From contig NC_087249.1 in NCBI RefSeq assembly GCF_037042905.1, forward strand, positions 41,478,001 through 41,542,000: a DNA stretch of 64,000 bases, written 5' to 3'. A program made the position numbers and the translations under genes. The notes beneath the pieces are model-generated. The model worked only from the letters and a program-made list of their open reading frames with translations. It ran no database searches and was not told the DNA's origin. This DNA is from Lytechinus pictus. Its lineage: Eukaryota. This document shows, piece by piece, positions 48,653 through 61,798 of the stretch; the stretch's first letter is position 1, and each line of letters begins with the position of its first letter.

Positions 48653-49749
48653 GAGTCTTGTTGGGAACTTGAATATTGTATTCATCGTCTGATGAGAAAA
48701 TACAGTTGACGTGAGCAGTTGGGCCTTTTTTGTTATATTCTGATTTTATTATTGTTATTATTTATTCGGCATTTCAAAATACATAAATTACAGTACAATG
48801 CAAATTACATAAACAATAGGACATACGTGACATAATACAAAGGACCTGGAATAGAGATGAAGGGGCTGCCTGGGTTTGGAAAAGGTTAACTAAATTACCA
48901 TGACCCACAGGTCTTCCTTCCCACACCCCTTTACCTCCATCCAGGTCAGTATAAGAATGTAAAAAGAAACATATGAATTAAAAGTATACAACTGAAACTG
49001 GCAACAGTTAATTTGGCGAAACAGATGTAACATGGATCCATCAGCAATTATCATTTCCTGGACCTTCCTGATGAGATGGGGCAGGAATATCCAAATTGAT
49101 AGGAATATTGGCAGGCTCTGGGACTAAGGCGTTTGAACATGGATCATTGTGTTGTTTTGCCCGTTTTCTCCTTCGAAGTTTGTTTCTAAGATCCGATTTT
49201 GATTGAGGGGGAACTTGAATCTCTTCGTCATCCTCCGATGAGAAAATAAAGTTGAAGTGGGGACATGGGGGTTGTTTTGACACGTACTGATTTCCAGAAG
49301 ACTCTGCGTGATGAGAAGGGGTGGGGATGTCGCGATCGTTCAGGATATTGGTACGTTCTGGGACTGATGCATTTGAACTAAATTGAGTCTTGCCTAGTTA
49401 CGTTTTCCTGCTTTATTGGAGTATGGATTGATTTTCTTTCAGATCGGTCTCGTCAATGTTTTTTTCTTTTTTGGAATATGAATTTCGTCTTCTTCGTCTG
49501 ATGAGGTGAAAAAATTGATGTATTGAATTCTAGGCTCTGAGTGATGAGAAGCGGCGAGGATGTCTCGATGGTTAGAGACGTTTGATTGTTTTGCTATTCT
49601 TTTCGTTGTCTTATGTTTTTTAGACTTTGAGTTATCTCTTATTGGCACACGATGGCACTGCCTGTTATTCGGCATTGTGTGCAGAAGGCAGAGCCTCGAT
49701 AAATCATCATCCGACCAATTATCAATTTGATTTTTCTATGTTGGAGGCT

Positions 49750-50350
49750 TCAGGAGCACCATGGCTCGCATGGTTACCCCTATGACCCACATCTCTTACA
49801 GAATTCTCGACTATGCATTGCTCAACTCCTCCTCTAGGCTTCTGTTCATTTCGATGATGTCCATTGCTTCCACTAGCGATGTTGGCTCTTTCATCCCTAC
49901 TGTGATCGCTTAATGCTGGTCACTCAGCCCTTTCATAAAATGTCGAATGGCGATTGACTCTCTGGTAGCTGTGTCTGCTGTCAGGTAGCCTTTATTGGTC
50001 AAAGTTCGTAGGTCGGCTACATATATTCGGCAATCGATTCAGTCCTTTTCAGTTTTCTTGCCTCCAATTTTGCCAGGTATGATGCAGCAGGACGACGGTC
50101 TCTGAAGCGTCGCAGCAGACTAGTCATGAGCTCGTCATAGGTTAGTTCATTAAAACTTGGCAATTCGAATATATCTTCGGCCGCCTCTCCTTGTAGAGCC
50201 GATGCAAGCCTTATTCTTTTCTCTTCTGAGCTCCATCCACTCGAAAATGCAAGAGTCTCAAACTGATTTTTGAATGCAAGTAGTGACGATGTTCCATCAT
50301 ACGAGTTTTGCCATGGAAGTGGTATTGTAGTTTTCAGAATCCTCTCTGCT
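49750..50350 (-). pseudogene. Ty3/Gypsy-like gag fragment
   Basis: YDGTSSL..FE..A...GW..EEK...LASALQGEA, YDEL...L..RF, ESIAEY..DL, AIRHFMKGL. Confidence 0.8.
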
Positions 50351-50449
50351 TGGAATAAGAAATCGCATGTCAAAATTTATGAAATAAAACATGTAATAGT
50401 AGAATCTCAAACCGACCTTTAGAATTTGGAGGGAATTTTTCTCAGACAA

Positions 50450-52050
50450 AGAAGGTGTTTCTGAGTCTAGGGCACAAAGGGCAATTAAACTTGGAGTAAT
50501 CTGAACATTCATTGTTTAGCTCAGACAGGTTAATATAAAGACAAAAGAGTGTTTGCAACCAGCAAGCCCTATGATTTATAACACATGCACTGAAGGTATG
50601 TGAATTTAACATAAGTTAGGGAAGATCTGGAAGAACATATATTTTATATTCTTAAGGAATGAAACATATACACAGTAGAAGTAATTTATGTTGCAAATAT
50701 TGAAGAATTCATATTATACATGTAGCTAAAGAGATATACATGTATGTTTAAAATCAAGAAATCATACCAAAGTTAAAAAGATTATGTAGTACACCAAAGG
50801 GGTGCTACACAAGCATGAGTAGGCTGCACCAAGTATTGTGTTCTAAATCCTAGTATTATAGCTTTTATCCCCTGAGTATTTAGTATGGTGTTACTCATAA
50901 GTAGTTCATTGTTATACCACTGAACTCTAACAATTGTATAGTTATGTATAGTTCAGTGGTTTATACTGTACACAATGTTTACAGCTTTTTCTTAACTTAA
51001 ACTGAAATGAAATGGATATTTTACTCTTACACATAGTTATCCACAAACCAGTTGCTGAACTTTGGATCCTTCCAGTACTCCTCGACTCCATGTAGTCCCA
51101 GTTTGGTATGGCCTCCAGGAGGTCAACATGAAATTCTTCTGGTGTCTCGACATCCACCAGACCCAAGGTTCTAATGCGTCTTTAGGAAATTAGTACTGTC
51201 AATTTCCTAATTATGAAATAGAAAAGGAAAGATTGTGTCCTACCTTACACATGCCTATAATTTGACTGAGGAAATGGATGACATAGCAGATAGATGTAGC
51301 ACTTCACTGGCAGTTGCCGCTCAAGTATTGCACAAATCCCGAAAGTTGTATTTACAATTTACAAAAGTACATGTATATGAAAGGTAAAATATATAGAGTA
51401 GAAATCACGGTTGTAGAAGGATAACTCGCGAAGTAGCAAGGCCTCACTAAATGTAGAGAATAGACTTCAAGAGGTGTGATTTAAAGTAGAGAATAGCAAA
51501 ATAAAACTGTAGAAGGGTAGAAGTAAATTGTAGTTCTCTAGTGGGCACGTGCTCCACGAAAGCAAGCTGAGACGAAGAGATGTTGTCAGAGCGAAGACAG
51601 AGAGAAGAGTGGTGATGTGGCAAAGTAGCAAGTTGGTTTTTTGCCAGCATCACCAAAAAGAGGGGGTACGAAAGACCGTGCCCAAAAGAGAGGCAAAAAC
51701 ACAGTTGAAAGGAGATGAGAGAGAGAGAAGAAAGAGCATATGTGTAGTGATGCAGTATAAGTGCAATTGGGAGCAAGGCCAGGACAATAAATCAAGTACA
51801 ATGTCAGGTTGCTTTGCTCCGAGTCCATTATGTAAAAGTGAAAGGAAGATGTTTGTTTGTAAGATTTAGGCAGAAAATATGCAAGAATGCCACGTTTTGC
51901 ACATGTGCAGTACACTAGTGGTATATATGCAATGTAGCACAAACAAGTGTAAAAAAGAGATGTATATGAATGTATAGCGGAAATAATATATATACATGTA
52001 ATGTAGAAAAAAACAACTGAAAATATACACAAGGGAAAGAATAGATATGC
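50450..52050 (-). mobile_element. LTR-retrotransposon-like non-coding remnants
   Basis: LTR-like end at 50809; 51200-51640 resembles 33660-33890; adjacent to gag. Confidence 0.4.
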
Positions 52051-53269
52051 TATAGTCAAGTCACTACACGTCCATCATGGGTGTCAACTTCATTGCCATA
52101 GGTCTAATCCAGAATTTCCTTCTGTGTGTCTTGATCAATCCCCAGCTCAATCAATTTCTGTTTGCAGTTCATCCTTCCATGTAACATGCAAAGAAGCCAA
52201 GAGGAAATCTTTATTTTATTTTTTCCTTTATTTTTTAGTTTATTTTATTCATTTTTTAATGCGCCGTTTCATGCGCCACTTCACGTGCCATATCACATGC
52301 CGATTATTGCTCTGTATAATGCGGCGTGCTTTTTACACTAAGCCTTTTCATGCGAGTACCTCGCCTGGCTCTTTGTATACTAATCTTCAATCAATCAATC
52401 TTATCACCATGTGTGGCTGCCGCTCTTTATCCTGGATAAGTGGACGGAGTTTCAAAGTCAGTACACTCCAACAGAAATATATTCACGAAAATGGCGTTGG
52501 CTTATGTTAAATGGTGCTTTATTTCATCATCCCAGATGAACCAAGATCGAGATAAAATACTGAAAATAAAACAGATACATATAAACATTTTGAGTTACAC
52601 ATTCAATCAACAAATGATTATACTCTACTTGTAATACTTAATTCTACATAACTTATATCTTGCTCTAAACTATTGACAGAAATACAGATATGAAATCTTA
52701 CCAATTGGAGGCTATAAGACAAGTACACCAGCAGTGAGAATCATCATGACAGTCGACTGGAGTTCGTCTCTCTCTCTTCTTTATAACACAAACTGAAGTC
52801 TCTTGGCTTTTTCAGTCTCTTTTTAAGGACTCTGATCAAACCAGAATGCACTAGACAGACTAATTAGAAATTAAGAGGAGCTAGTACTACTCAGCACTCA
52901 ACACCTTACAGACAAAGAACTTGATCGGCTATTCAAATCAGAACAATGAAGGTTGGACATTAGTCTAAAGACTTGGCTTTTCTCTGCCTACAGTTTTAAC
53001 ATATAACCAGCCCGATGGGAGTTTGTGTAGAAAAGGATTAAGAAAACCCAAAGTGCAAAATGAAACATTTTAAGTGGAATTTGAATTTAGACAACATATA
53101 TCGGACATAAATATATGCAGCCAAATATTACATAAATTTTCACTGCACACTGCTGCAGTGACACCATGTATGTAATTATGCGGGTAGAATTAGTCTTCGT
53201 CCAAAATGTACAGTGACTCGTTACATCATGCATTTCTTCTGTATTATCTTGTGGATGGCTGGGCTCTCA

Positions 53270-53450
53270 TTGCATAATGCTTCAAATTCTGCCGTGGTCA
53301 AAGTCACCCCCTTGTTGATGGGTTAGAACTTGCTGTTTTTCTCAAAGTAGTATAGTGGATGTCCACATGCACTTTATTGAGATACGTCTTGGCCACCACG
53401 TATTTCCGCCGCTTTTGCTTCAAGCTGATTGGACATTTGAAGAGAATTTC
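53270..53450 (-). pseudogene. Second, divergent PC4-like gene fragment
   Basis: RKYVVAKTYLNKVHVDI, frameshift, then PINKGVTLTTAEFEAL. Confidence 0.65.
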
Positions 53451-54089
53451 TGATTCCACGTCACCGTCTTTCTCCACGGGTTGTTGCGTCCATGCCACGC
53501 TTGTACCTGTCATGTCTGCAGGATTGTTGGTGATTGGATGTTTTCAGTTTTTTGGTTATACCCAAAATCATGGACAACACAAAAATTAACAAAAATGCTT
53601 CACACTGTCAACACACATCAAATCATCAGTGTCCTCACTGACGCAACGTATAGTTTACTTCTTGGTATCTCTTATAAGCAACATTTCCCACAACTTTATC
53701 AAACAATAGTACTTTAATTTGGTAGTTTGGTGTATATTCCCACTTCAATCAAAACCCAAATGTCAATCTTTCATTTCTTATCCCACCGCTGCTCACCAAA
53801 TGTTACGTAAATGGTTGAAGTGCTTGGAGTACAAAATAACACTGCACAAATTCATGTAGTTCAGAGTTACATGTATAATGAATTTCAACAAGAGTTCTTA
53901 TGTGTAGTATGATGTATAAGACCCTTGACATTAGTCATTAAGTTCTGACACTTTTTGCTTTTTGCATGATTAATGATCTTGTAGAAATAAGTACTTGGCC
54001 TTAAAATTTAATTCTTCTGAAATATTTTTCACCTATATTTAACTTTCTACCCCCACACTGAAAGTCACTGTCACCTTTGAAAAAAGAGA

Positions 54090-54768
54090 TGTCAAATGGC
54101 TCAACTTGCCCCATCTGTGGGGTAAGTTGAGCCACCTTCTGGGGTAAGTTGTGCCACAAAAACTATGTACAAAATGTATGGGGGAAGAACCAGCATGTCA
54201 TATTTTTAATTAAAAGTCTTTTCATTTGCTAATTCTCTATAAATACCAACATCCTCTAAAAGGAAAAGAACAGTCATGTAAATTTGCTCCTTTCTGCCTG
54301 CATATTGATGGCTTTTTAACGTTTGTTTTTTTATATACATTACCATAAGAATTGCCATGGCTCAACTTGCCCCATGTTGGTTGGCTCAACTTACCCCAGT
54401 CCTAACTTAATGCGATAATTTCGCATCCACACATTTCTTATGCATCCATCATGTAAAAAAAACTATGACAAGAATGAAGATCCATACCTGGACTAACAAT
54501 TTTGTTCTTATGTCTATTATATTTAAAGACGTGTGCGTGTAAAAAGCACTTATCTTTTTCACACTCTTTTTTTTACTTTTTTGGCTGAAATTTGTATTTT
54601 TCCCTCTAAAAAATAGTTTTTGTTTCAAAGTTGAAAACAATGTGGTGGGGTTAGGGGTTATGCAATAGGTCATCAATACATGGCACCACCACAATATCTG
54701 ACTCATTCATTATTGGCCTTGGGTGGTGACTCAACTTGCCCCTATGCTCAACTTACCCCGCCTTCCCC
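54090..54768. mobile_element. DNA-transposon remnant with GGCTCAACTTRCCCC subterminal repeats
   Basis: Multiple direct and inverted copies of the motif; right end CCCCGCCTTCCCC followed by TA. Confidence 0.55.
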
Positions 54769-55011
54769 TAATATATTTCACATATTTACATTCTCATGTA
54801 TATTTTGTCCTGAATTATTTATTGTCCATATGATTATGATAATGATTATCTATAGATTCATTGAAAATAAATCAATAGTATTCCTAAATTTGTGCAGATG
54901 ATATGTTGTATAATATAAGTACCTCAAATACACTTATCAAATGTTCTAGATTGAAAAAGATGTATACCATTTCCTCAATTCAATACATTGGTATTTTCAT
55001 ACTAATTGTTA

Positions 55012-55164
55012 TACCTCGGTCACATTTGGTCTAAGGCGGCCGTACGGCGAGTCAAAAACAGCAGTTTTATTCATTTTTATTCAAACCACCTATATGTAGC
55101 TGGTACAAAAATGGCTGTTTTTGACTCGCCGTACAGCCGCCGTAGAGCAAATGTGACTGAGGTA
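55012..55164. mobile_element. Palindromic PIF/Harbinger-like MITE
   Basis: About 50-bp near-perfect inverted arms; TTA TSD. Confidence 0.8.
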
Positions 55165-56770
55165 TTACTTGTAGGAAACTTGCTGGATGCATGTAAAACA
55201 GGCATCTTCAATTCAGTGTGTCTGATTGCTCAATATGAAAACAGTTGGCAAAAAATCTTCAAAGTTCAAACCACAAACAATTGCAGTAAAACCACACATA
55301 GTGGGAGAGGACGAACAGAAGCATTTATATTGATGCGTGGAGATGTGATATACCTAACCTTGAAAAAACCTTGTAATTTTGGAACCTTATTATATTTATA
55401 TCATCTCAATTTTGATGATGACTAACTCGAGCAAAATGTTGCATTTTTCCATCATTTTACTCAGGGGTTCTCACTATTTAGTGTAATTTTGTTCCTAATT
55501 ATTTCTAATAAAAAAGTTTTAAAAGGTAATGCATGATGAAAATCTTACATAAATATATGTATTATAATGATCGGGCATTAATTGCAGGTTTGTATATTTT
55601 TGTAATGTTTTTGTGTATTCATCATTTTACTTTTGTATCATTTTTTACGTGCTTATATTTTGCCAACAAATTGAAATAGGAAAATGTAATTTATATAATT
55701 ACGTTGAACATTCAATCAACCATGCTTCCCATATTGCATTATTGTGTAAATGATCATTTGAAATGACAATTAAAAAAGATCAACGAAAAAAATGAATGAC
55801 TGCTTAGTTGTCTTTGTAAAGTATGGTTTTAATGTAGGTGGTCTTACATTGAGTTTCGCTTTTTTTGTAATGGAAGGGTGAGAGTTAAAGGGATTCAAAC
55901 TAAGAAAAGGCAATGTAGCCTATTGTAAAAAGTACAAAAACTGTGCAAGAGCTAGTGATTTAGCCTACATCATACATCCAATAATTGCCCCAATTAAGGC
56001 ATATTTTGAAGCACTTGAGAATTCTGTCAAAATATCTCTCTATAAAGTGCACTGTTTTATTGAAATCAAATTCATGGTGCTGCTCCCACTTCATGCACTT
56101 TCAGGATGATATCTGTCTTGACAATTCATCAGGATTTGGACAAAATCTCTGCAGACTAGCTGCAGGGAATTGTTTTATTGGGGGGAAACAATTTGATTTG
56201 AATTTCAAATTTGATCTGCACCAATCAGGTGCAAGGATTTCAGTAGCTTATAACAAATAGTCAGAGAAAAGCCTGAACTATTTTGGTTCATGAAAATGCT
56301 CCCAACGGGTGTATGATGGCACAAGCTGCATGGATGTTTGTTGTGAGAGGACATTAAAAAAAATTGTAGAACAAGCCTCCTCCAGTCTAAAAAATACTGT
56401 TCTTTTAAAAAAATATTGGAAGGAAAGAGAGGGGGAGAGTGAGAGGGATAGGGGACCATTGGCTGGGTCCACTGCCATTATACATTGCAAGCTGGGAACC
56501 ATGCTCATCCACAGATTTAAAAAAGGACCCCAAACAAGTAATCTCGCTTTGATCTGGGGGTACCATACAGGCGCGGATCCACAGGGTCGAAGGAGCCTTG
56601 CCCCTATACCAAACAAATAAGAGGAAAGTGTAGAAAAGGAAAGGAAAAGGGGAAGAGCAGAGGAAAGGGAGAGGGGAAAGTCAAAGAAAAGGAAGGGGAA
56701 GGAGAGAGAGAAAAAAAAATAGAAAGGCCAAGGGAAGGGGAAAAGAAGGGAAAGGGAGAGAGAGAAGAAA

Positions 56771-57902
56771 AACAAGTGGAATGCCTCTGGAGTCTGGCGG
56801 TCTCACCTGCATCACGCGATTCAGTATAGCAGCAGTGCTGAATTTGAAATCTACTATAAAATAATTATTCACAAATTAATAACACCATTCATATAATGAT
56901 AAAATACTACGTTTATTGACATTTGACCTTGATCATGTGACCTAAAACTTGTCAGTTATACTTGATTACCCCTATATCCACATTTTATACACTATATCTA
57001 TAAACTTTGAAAGTTATGACAGCAGTCTAATAATTACCTCTAAAATGGCCAAAGTTCAATGACCTTAGATGACCTTTGACTTTGGTCATGTGACCTGAAA
57101 CTCGCATGAGATGTTCAGTGATAGGCCTACTTGATGACTCTTATGTCCAAGTTTTATGAACAAGACCAATATACTTACAGAGTTACAATGGTAATTCAAC
57201 AAATACCCCCAACACGGCGAAAGTCCATTGACCTTTGACTTTGGTCATGTGACCTGAAACTCGCACAAGATATTCAGTGATACTTGGTTACTCTTATGTC
57301 CATATTTTATGAACTAGACCAATATACTTACAGAGATATGATGGTAATTCAACAAATACCCAACAGGGCCAAAGTTCATTGACCATAAATGACCTTTGAC
57401 CTTGGTCTATGACCTGAAACTCGGACGGGATGTTCAAAGATACTTGATTACTCTTGTGTCCAAGTTTCATGAATCAGATCCATAAACTTTCAAAGTTATG
57501 ATAGTAATTCAATAGATACCCCCACATGGCCAAAGTTCATTGACCTTTGACATTGGTCATGTGACCTGAAATTCGCACAGGATGTTCAGTGATACTTGAA
57601 TACTCTTATGTCCAAGTTTCATGAATCAAATCCATAAACTTTCAAAGTTATGATGGTAATTCAACAGATAACCCCAATTTGGCCAAAGTTCATTGACCCT
57701 AAATGACCTTTGACCTTGGTTATGTGACGTGAAACTCAAGCAGAATGTTCAGTAAGTTACATGAACTAGGTCCATATATTTTCTAAGTTATGATGACATT
57801 TCAAAAACTTAACCTAGGTTAAGATTTTGTGTTGACGCCGCCGCCGTCGCCGTCGGAAAAGCGGCGCCTTTTGTCTCACTCTGCTATGCAGGTGAGACAA
57901 AA
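56771..57902 (+). mobile_element. Helentron-associated (HINE/DINE-1-like) element with internal ~170-180-bp tandem repeats
   Basis: Sub-TIR GTCTCACCTGCAT 56800-56812 / ATGCAGGTGAGAC 57886-57898; terminal hairpin 57869-57902; (GCC)n tract; A-run flanks. Confidence 0.7.
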
Positions 57903-58057
57903 AGGAGAGGAAGAGAAGGAAAAGAAAAGGAAGAGGAGAAAAAAGGAAGGGGAGAGAAAAAGAAGGGAAGGGAAAACAGAGGAAGAGAAGAAAGAAATGG
58001 AGAGTGTGCAGTGCAAAGATTGTTTTTAAAGAGCTTTGAAAAGCACTATAAAACCAT

Positions 58058-58605
58058 TTTTTTATTTTTTTTTATTTATTTCAAATATTTAAAAGAATGG
58101 TATAGCTCAATCAGCAACAAGCTGGTTTTCGTTGAGGCCCTTCGTGAACAAACACAAATATAAAACATGGTAACATATTCAAATATAAACAAAGAATAGA
58201 GCATAAATACTAATATTGAAAAAAAAAATGAAATGAAATAAGCATAATTAACTATGGAAAATAACAGAACAAATAAAATATGATACTGTACAGATGTTAC
58301 CTAAAACTAAACGAAAACATTATATACTCATGAAAACATGAAAAGAGATAAAATATGTACAAAATGAGGAGAAAGAATAAAATAGATTCCACCATTAGTC
58401 CCTATTACATATTAAAGGTTTTTTCCCATTTAGCCATTTCCCGTTTGAACTGTTTAATGTTTTCTATGAATCGGAGGTGTTCGGGTGGTTTATTCCAATG
58501 TAATGGGCCTGTGACAAAAAATGATTTCTGATAAAAGGTTGTACGAGCATATGGCACCTTGATTATCATCTTATTTGTTAAGCCTGGCCGGAATATGAGC
58601 AAACT
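58058..58605 (-). mobile_element. CR1/L2-group LINE 3' end
   Basis: ARTTFYQKSFFVTGPLHWN.PP..R.I...QFK, then 3' UTR and AATAAA/poly(A) on the minus strand. Confidence 0.7.
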
Positions 58606-59339
58606 TCTGTATTGTTTTCACTTTTGCCCCCCCCCCCAGCAATCCGGAACATGGAGTGACGCCCTTATCCGAGCATAAAGGAAGGAATTAGAACAAAGGA
58701 AAGAGGGAAAGGGAAAAGGAAATAAAGAAGGGGGAACGGGGAAAGGGAAAAGAAAACAGAAAGTAAAAAGAATCTCCGACTCGGTGCAAAAGACATATTT
58801 AAAATAAAAATTGTGAATCTATACAGGAGCCTAAATACCCTTGCCTCCTCTTTTACCAAAGTTGTGGATTTAGGTAGGGAAATAGGCGGAACTCTGGAAC
58901 AGAAGTGAAGAAAGGTCTGTGATAAAACTACACTAAGAAAAATAATAAAATATTAGTCAAGGTTTCAGTGAGGAAAATCCACCAAAGATTAAGAAAGTTA
59001 TTAGAATTTGAATTTTTGATTTGTCATGTTAGCAGCTACCCCATATAATATCAAATGCAACAAATTAATGACTAAACTTGTATTCTTTCAGGAGTGGGTG
59101 TGAAGTATCTTGTCTGTTGATGGTATAACCAAAACCATTTTCATTTTTTCGTTTTAGAAAATGATATTTCGTTGATTTTTTTACTGTACGATGGCCATAT
59201 AATATCACAAATCAAAATATAAAAATTCTGACATCTCCTTACTTTATCTTTAATGGGTTTTCCTCAAACTTTCACCAATATTTTTACTATTTTTCTGCAA
59301 TTTTTACAACAACATTTTTGTCGGGGTTCCCTTTTGAAG

Positions 59340-59530
59340 GCTCTCCCTTTTTCATTTTTTCAAAGACGCAGTGCGCTTGGCTGATGACATGATCTAGGCA
59401 ATTAATTTTGAGGACACCGTAGTAATTTCGCGTACAAATTTTCTGCGGATCGGCGCGGAGTAGTAAACAAAATTAAACCGACAGCTAATTCTCACGATTT
59501 CAAGCAGTTTTACGTGGAAAAAGGTAAGCA
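59340..59530 (+). promoter_or_regulatory. Possible promoter / non-coding first exon of a downstream gene
   Basis: CpG-rich, apparently unique sequence ending in strong donor AAG|GTAAGC at 59523/59524. Confidence 0.25.
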
Positions 59531-59988
59531 GTAGTGCTGAGCTTATATTAAAATATTTTTATTGTTATTGGATGTTAATAATATGGACTTGTTCATATCC
59601 TCTTTAGGCTGTTTGTTTTTCTTGCTTGTTTGTGTTTACGAACGATGTCGAGACTCGAGTTGACAAATTATTTTGTGCGAAAAACGGAATGTGTGGGACT
59701 GAACTGAAATCAACGCCCTCCGGTTATTCCTCGCGGCTTGCCCGGCCCTGCGGAGCTTCGCAACTCCGAGCCGCGGTCACTGCCCGTGGGCGTGGCCGAG
59801 GCGGGGCGCTAATGCAGTTTCGCACCGGACGACTTCCGAGAGAATTTCCCCATCATAATCATTCATCAAGAATTGTTCGCAAATGTCATAGCAAGTCTCT
59901 CAATCACATTTCAAGGTCGAATACCGGTATGCCCACCGGTTTTCAGATATCGTGATTAGGAACGGCTGTAGTGTAACTGTAATGTAAT

Positions 59989-61698
59989 CACTGGCGTAAA
60001 TCCCGGGGGGGATGGGGGGGATATATCCCCCCCACTTTTCGAGGAGGGGGAGATGGCCTGTACAAACATCCCCCCCACTTTTTACGAAAGAAATGAAGAA
60101 AAAAATCACAAGAGATAATTGTTTTATTGGTGAAAATTCTTCCTGAAATACCGCTTAACCCAAATAAAACAATATTATTGAATCATAAAATGCAAATAAA
60201 GAGCCAGTTCACCATTTCCAAACGTAATACTTATGTCCTTATTATAACATTGAAGAGAAACCCCCGTTTCTTCCAATTCATCAATGTTGGGGTCTTTGGA
60301 AAGGGATTAAGATGGAATGTAAAAGATGTTTGAATGTAATCTCTAATAAAACAATTAAACCATCATGGGGTAAAAAGATAATAATAATATTGGAGGGGTA
60401 TTTGCCATATGGACATACAGTGGCGTAACTACGGGGGGGGGGGGGGGGGGCATGGGGGACACATGCTCCCCCCATCGGCTGACCAAAATGGGGAAAAATA
60501 GAAAAGAGGGAGAAAGGAAGAGAAACGTAGTGGGAAAGAAGAAAATATTATTCATTATAATGTTATATTATAATTATGTTATGTTACATTATATAAGAAA
60601 CATTTTTATCATAACTTCATGAAACATAATTTGCCCAGGGCATACGTCTTCATAGTTCCTGGTGCTCGCATTGTCTGTTCAACGAGATATATAATCCTGT
60701 TGTACTAAAACATCCCGTTTTCAAGTCAATATAAACTAAATATATTTCCTAGCAATTGAGTTATCATTGTTTTATGTAGTGACATGAGCTTCTTTTACAT
60801 GATTAAAAAGGTGATTGCCCCATGTTAAGGTCTTTGTATATATAAAAACATTTCCTTCCGTGATTACGTTCGCATTAGTGGATTGGTGAGATATGTCTGC
60901 TCTTCATGAATTCCTAAAATCAGTCCTTGAAATGTCCCTTCTTCTGATCTGAATATCAAAAATTTTCAGCTCGCGCTTCGCGCTCGCATCATTTGGTTAA
61001 TGAAATACGTATGGTCCTAGTTAATTCCTACAAAGAAACCTTAGAATGCCCCACTTCAGGTCTGACTTATCTAAATTTTCAGCTCGCGCTTCACGCTCGC
61101 AATATTTGATTAGTGAGATGCGTATGATAATCATGATTGCAATGAGTACAAAAAGTGTTTCATGTGTTCAGATGTAATTCTAATAAAATCAGCAAGCGCT
61201 TGGCACTTGCATTAGATGACTATGGTGAGATATGCATACTCTTAATGGATTCCTAAAATATATTCCTTAAAATCTCGCTGTTTGGGGTCAAAATATACGA
61301 AAATTTCAGCTCGCGCTTCGCGCTCGCATTGTTTAGCGAGACAGGTACCTATCATGATTACACAAATTTGATTGTAATGTCCCTTTTTAGGTGTGAATAT
61401 AAACAATTCAGCTCGCGCTTCGCTTGCATTATTTGATCAGTGAGATACATATCCGTTCAATGACATTGTCCTTAAAATGTCTCTATTAGGTCAGAATAAC
61501 TAGCAACCGAGCGCGCTTCGCACGCTCACTCAGTGATTCGAAAATTTTGCTGGTGCCCCCACAATGCCGTGACCCACGGTACGCCACTGTGGACATATCA
61601 ATTACAATTCCTTGCATATCTAAAAACATGATAACAAAAAAAAAAGCCAAAATATTTCAGTCATCCCCCCCACCCCTCAACACGGATTTACGCCAGTG
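59989..61698. mobile_element. Composite non-autonomous hAT element, copy 1
   Basis: TIR CACTGGCGTAAATCC; 8-bp TSD AATGTAAT. Confidence 0.9.
60418..61589. mobile_element. Nested hAT element inside copy 1
   Basis: TIR CAGTGGCGTA; 8-bp TSD TGGACATA; internal CAGCTCGCGCTTCGCGCTCGCA repeats. Confidence 0.9.
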
Positions 61699-61798
61699 AA
61701 TGTAATAAAGCTGGCTGTATTTTTCGATCTCGACCTAAAGTTAGGTCCTAGCCTTGGCTTTGGCTTGAGGCTGAGCCTCGACTCCGTGATGATATTTT

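Noticed and set aside
52085-52200. RRKFWIRP as a Harbinger transposase N-terminus (minus strand)
   Set aside because: A single short motif with no downstream DDE sequence.
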